DNA of 24,000 nt from Culicoidibacterales bacterium. GTDB taxonomy: Bacteria > Bacillota_I > Bacilli_A > Culicoidibacterales > ZOR0006. The stretch lies in assembly GCA_051660865.1 (NCBI GenBank), contig JBOFQK010000135.1, positions 43,019-67,018 on the forward strand, given 5' to 3'. The number at the start of each line of letters is the position of its first letter. Position 1 is the stretch's first letter. The position numbers were made by a program, and so were the translations under genes. Positions 20,684 to 24,000 of this stretch are shown here, piece after piece. The notes beneath the pieces were generated by a model. The model was not told where the DNA came from. It did no database searches and saw only the letters and a program-made list of their open reading frames with translations.

Positions 20684-22370
20684 GATTAAGAACTTACATT
20701 TCACGTATCCTGGTGCAGCTCATGCGACATTAAACGGGGTGAATTTAGAGATTAAACGTGGCGAGTTTATTGCAATTATTGGGAATAATGGAAGTGGAAA
20801 ATCAACACTCTGTAAGACATTAAATGGTTTAATTCCAAACTTTATCGTCGGTGAGGGCAGTGGTGAAGTTACATATGAAGGCAAGGATTTGTGGACAATG
20901 CCAATTGGTGAAATCGCGAAATGTATTGGCTATGTATATCAAGATTTTGAAAATCAGATTGTTTGTCCGACCGTAATTGAAGATGCTTCGTTTAGTTGTT
21001 TAAATTATGGATTTCCTGACTACGTAAGTAAGGGAATGGCTGCACTGACATTATGTGATTTAGTCGAAAAAAAGGATGATTTTATTTGGCAATTATCAGG
21101 AGGTCAATTACATTTGCTAGCATTAGCTGGGGCACTAGCATTAGCACCGGATGTATTGATTTTAGATGAACCTATTGCTCAACTTGATCCTGCACATGCA
21201 AAACAAATGTATGAAACGCTGAAAGAGTTAAATGAGGTTCATGGGAAGACCATAATTGTCATTGAGCACCATAGTGAATATATTGCTGATTATTGTCACA
21301 CAGCAATTTTACTGCATGAGGGACGTGTATTGTGGAAAAAAGATGCACGTGAAGCATTACGTGACTGTCAACAATTAATCGACTGTCACATTTATCCGCC
21401 ACAAGTAACGGTTGCAGCACAACTAGTACAAAATCAGGGTAAACATAAGGAATTGCAATCACTCCCAACAACATTAAGTGAAGGAAACTTATTTTTTAAA
21501 AATATAGGCACTTTTCAAAGTGTGAAGCAAGCAACTTCATTGCAAGCAAGTTCTCAAGAACTAGCGATGGCTTTAACAAATATTACTGTGCAATATAGAA
21601 GTGTGAAAGGTAAACCAAAAACGTTATTTAATAATTTTAATTTAGAAATTTTTAAAGGTGATAAGATTGCATTAATTGGTTCAAATGGTGCTGGGAAAAC
21701 AACGTTAATGAAAATGTTAGTGGGTTTAGTAAAACCTAAAATCGGGGTTATTACAATAAATAATCAAGATGTAACTAGTCATCGAGCGGAACATTTAGCA
21801 GCTCATATCTCACTTGTCTACCAAAATCCGGAACAGATGCTTATTAAAGAAAGTGTCCGAGCTGATATTGAGTTTGCAATGAAAGAACGTAACGTTGAAA
21901 ATTATCAACAACAAGCACAGGAATTGATTGAACTATTTGATCTTGCAGAGTTGGCTGAACAGGATGGGCGCTTATTATCAGGTGGTCAAATGCGTCGTGC
22001 ATCTTTAGCAATAGGGATTGCGTTAGAACCTCCTATTTTATTACTTGATGAACCCACAGCTAATTTAGATATTGCAACGAGGCAAGAAATTATTCGGACA
22101 TTAGCGTTATTGAAAGATAAGATTGAGACAGTTATTATTGCAACGCATGATATGCAACTTGTTTGTGATTTTGCGAATCGAATCTTAGTGCTATCTGGAG
22201 GTGAAGTGATTTGTGACGGTCCAAGAGAGGCGGTATTTACGAATCATTCAGTCCGTAAACAAGCAGGAATTGAACCACCAGCAATTTATCAAATGGCGGA
22301 GCAATTGGGTGGGTGCGCATATACAGTAACAGAATTTGTCCAAGCATATCAAAAGGAGCGAGTAGTATGA
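20676..22370 (+). CDS. Fused double ATPase (A-A') of an ECF-type/CbiO-family transporter
   Basis: 564 aa with two nucleotide-binding domains. NBD1 has GNNGSGKST, YVYQDFENQ, LSGGQ, VLILDEP, IEHH. NBD2 has GSNGAGKTT, LVYQNPEQM, LSGGQMRRASLA, ILLLDEP, ATHD. The QNPEQ-type Q-loop resembles EcfA1/EcfA2 in this window. Confidence 0.9.
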   Translation: MIKIKNLHFTYPGAAHATLNGVNLEIKRGEFIAIIGNNGSGKSTLCKTLNGLIPNFIVGEGSGEVTYEGKDLWTMPIGEIAKCIGYVYQDFENQIVCPTVIEDASFSCLNYGFPDYVSKGMAALTLCDLVEKKDDFIWQLSGGQLHLLALAGALALAPDVLILDEPIAQLDPAHAKQMYETLKELNEVHGKTIIVIEHHSEYIADYCHTAILLHEGRVLWKKDAREALRDCQQLIDCHIYPPQVTVAAQLVQNQGKHKELQSLPTTLSEGNLFFKNIGTFQSVKQATSLQASSQELAMALTNITVQYRSVKGKPKTLFNNFNLEIFKGDKIALIGSNGAGKTTLMKMLVGLVKPKIGVITINNQDVTSHRAEHLAAHISLVYQNPEQMLIKESVRADIEFAMKERNVENYQQQAQELIELFDLAELAEQDGRLLSGGQMRRASLAIGIALEPPILLLDEPTANLDIATRQEIIRTLALLKDKIETVIIATHDMQLVCDFANRILVLSGGEVICDGPREAVFTNHSVRKQAGIEPPAIYQMAEQLGGCAYTVTEFVQAYQKERVV

Positions 22371-23188
22371 AAGCTGTAACTGAACAATTATGGGATAAGT
22401 TCTCGCTCGAGTTTTTGCGAAATCAAGTCTTGAAAAATGCATATGGCAATAATGATACGATTATCGCGAAAATTGATCCGCGTACATTGCTTGTTTGGTA
22501 TGTGTTTTTTGGTGTACTACCGTGGTTTATGCATAATCCGACAGTACTTTTAGGTTTGTTTATTTTTGTTGCAGTGACAACAAGATTGGCAAGAGTGGCC
22601 CCGCTTGTACTTGTGTTATTTTGTTTTGGTGTTTTAACACAAAGTGGTTACTTATTAATTGTTAGTTTATTCTTTGGCGGAAACTTAGAGACACTGGTAC
22701 CAATCTTGATCATGACTTTAAAGGTGTCAATTACTTCATTAGCATCAATTACTGTTTTTTCTGGACTAAACCCTGATCGACTTGCGAGTGGATTACTTTG
22801 GTTTGGATGCCCTGATCAATTTGCATTTAGTATTGGTTTCGCCTATCGAATTTTACCAATTTTAATCGAAGAGTTTCAAAATATTTTATTATCACACCGA
22901 TTGAGAGGAAAAGCACCTGAGCAAGATGGTTTTTTTGGAAAAAGTCAGTACGTGATTTATCAGGTAAAGATTATTATGGTTTCATTTTTACCACTAATGC
23001 TAAATATTGCAAAGCGTTCAAGAACAACTGTAGAAGCGTTAGAGTTGAGAGGTTACCGCTATGCAAATCAAAATAAGGTTATCAAAAAAATGAAAATTAA
23101 AATGCTCCAACTTGGACAAGTAGATTTTTATTTTGCAATTATTTCAATTATTTGGCTTTGGGCATGTTTTATTTTTGCACTTAGCTAG
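22367..23188 (+). CDS. EcfT/CbiQ-family transmembrane (T) component of the dedicated ECF transporter
   Basis: 273 aa from ATG 22367 (ATGA overlap with the ATPase stop, RBS AAAGGAG at 22352-22358). Polytopic. Coupling-helix Arg motifs AYRILPILIEE and ALELRGY parallel those of EcfT at 13894-14688. The track start at 22313 is an in-frame extension inside the upstream gene. Confidence 0.85.
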   Translation: MKAVTEQLWDKFSLEFLRNQVLKNAYGNNDTIIAKIDPRTLLVWYVFFGVLPWFMHNPTVLLGLFIFVAVTTRLARVAPLVLVLFCFGVLTQSGYLLIVSLFFGGNLETLVPILIMTLKVSITSLASITVFSGLNPDRLASGLLWFGCPDQFAFSIGFAYRILPILIEEFQNILLSHRLRGKAPEQDGFFGKSQYVIYQVKIIMVSFLPLMLNIAKRSRTTVEALELRGYRYANQNKVIKKMKIKMLQLGQVDFYFAIISIIWLWACFIFALS

Positions 23189-23208
23189 CAAGAAAAGGAG
23201 ACAATTGA

Positions 23209-24000
23209 ATGAATTTAGATTTTCATACACATGGAAAACTTGCTAAAAAGTTACCATTTAGCGAAAAATATACACAATGGTTATTTAGAGCAGCAAAAGC
23301 GAGTGGATTAGATGCAATTTGTCTAACAGAACATTTTAATACGCTTGAATTTGAACGGCTATATGAATATGTGACTGCATACTGCCGACAAGATGGAGAA
23401 AGTTACGTAACTCCAGAAAACTTACGGATTTTTCTAGGTTTAGAGGTAGATATATTCGAAGGGGGTCACACTCTTATTATCGGAAATAAAGAAACAGTAC
23501 TCCAATTATATCGACAACTAACTCCGTTTCAGGCAAAAGAGCATTTCCTTTCGATTGATGAGTTATATAAAATGATTGAAAATGAATCAGTTATTTTTGG
23601 AGCAGCGCATCCTTACCGTCATGGAAGTAATATTCCAAATTTAAGTGATGAACAGTTAGCGTACTTTGATTTCTTTGATTTAAATGGCAAAGATTTAGCA
23701 AATAATTGTGAAGAGACTAAGACGCAAGTATTTGAATTGGCAAATAAATTTAAGAAACCATATGTTGGCGGAAGTGACACACATCAAGCAACACAATATG
23801 GTGTCGTTTATAATTCATTTTATGAAGCAGTGACGACTATTAGTGATTTATATCAAGCAATGCAAATGCAAAATTATCAAATTAAAATTGCCGAAACATT
23901 ACAAATGCAAGTTGCAAATGCGGGGACGCAAAAAAAGTTATTGAAATATATTCATCAATTAGGTGGTGCTTACGATATAGTATTAATTGATCAAAAATAA
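23209..24000 (+). CDS. PHP-family (polymerase/histidinol phosphatase fold) metal-dependent phosphoesterase
   Basis: 263 aa. Ordered PHP metal-ligand motifs: DFHTHG (HxH), LTEH, GLEVD...GGH, AAHP, GGSDTH (DxH). RBS AAAGGAG. Starts 20 nt after the T-component stop, with no intervening terminator. Confidence 0.8.
   Translation: MNLDFHTHGKLAKKLPFSEKYTQWLFRAAKASGLDAICLTEHFNTLEFERLYEYVTAYCRQDGESYVTPENLRIFLGLEVDIFEGGHTLIIGNKETVLQLYRQLTPFQAKEHFLSIDELYKMIENESVIFGAAHPYRHGSNIPNLSDEQLAYFDFFDLNGKDLANNCEETKTQVFELANKFKKPYVGGSDTHQATQYGVVYNSFYEAVTTISDLYQAMQMQNYQIKIAETLQMQVANAGTQKKLLKYIHQLGGAYDIVLIDQK

Overview
Low-GC Firmicute (Bacillota) chromosome, all genes on the + strand. Positions 1-16442 are the conserved ribosomal superoperon in the same gene order as Bacillus subtilis. 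It starts in the S10 operon tail (rplB 3' end, rpsS, rplV, rpsC, rplP, rpmC, rpsQ). The spc operon follows (rplN through rplO, then secY, adk, map), then infA-rpmJ-rpsM-rpsK-rpoA-rplQ. After a terminator and promoter come the housekeeping ECF energizing module ecfA1-ecfA2-ecfT, truA, and a separately promoted rplM-rpsI pair. This part is ordinary core genome. Two small genes fall below the ORF-track cutoff (rpmD, rpmJ), and several track ORFs carry spurious N-terminal extensions. Positions 16443-24000 are accessory. First comes a copY-copA copper-resistance operon with a clear promoter, two cop boxes (TACAnnTGTA), a Cys-rich CopY tail and no copZ. Then comes a tightly coupled four-gene operon: an unassigned 279-aa polytopic membrane protein in the S-component position, a fused double ECF-type ATPase, a dedicated EcfT/CbiQ-type T component, and a PHP-family metal-dependent phosphoesterase. 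This second, dedicated ECF-type transporter plus PHP enzyme, with no recognisable substrate clue, is the most interesting part of the window. I cannot show from sequence alone that it is new. I found no rRNA, tRNA, CRISPR, transposase or integrase.
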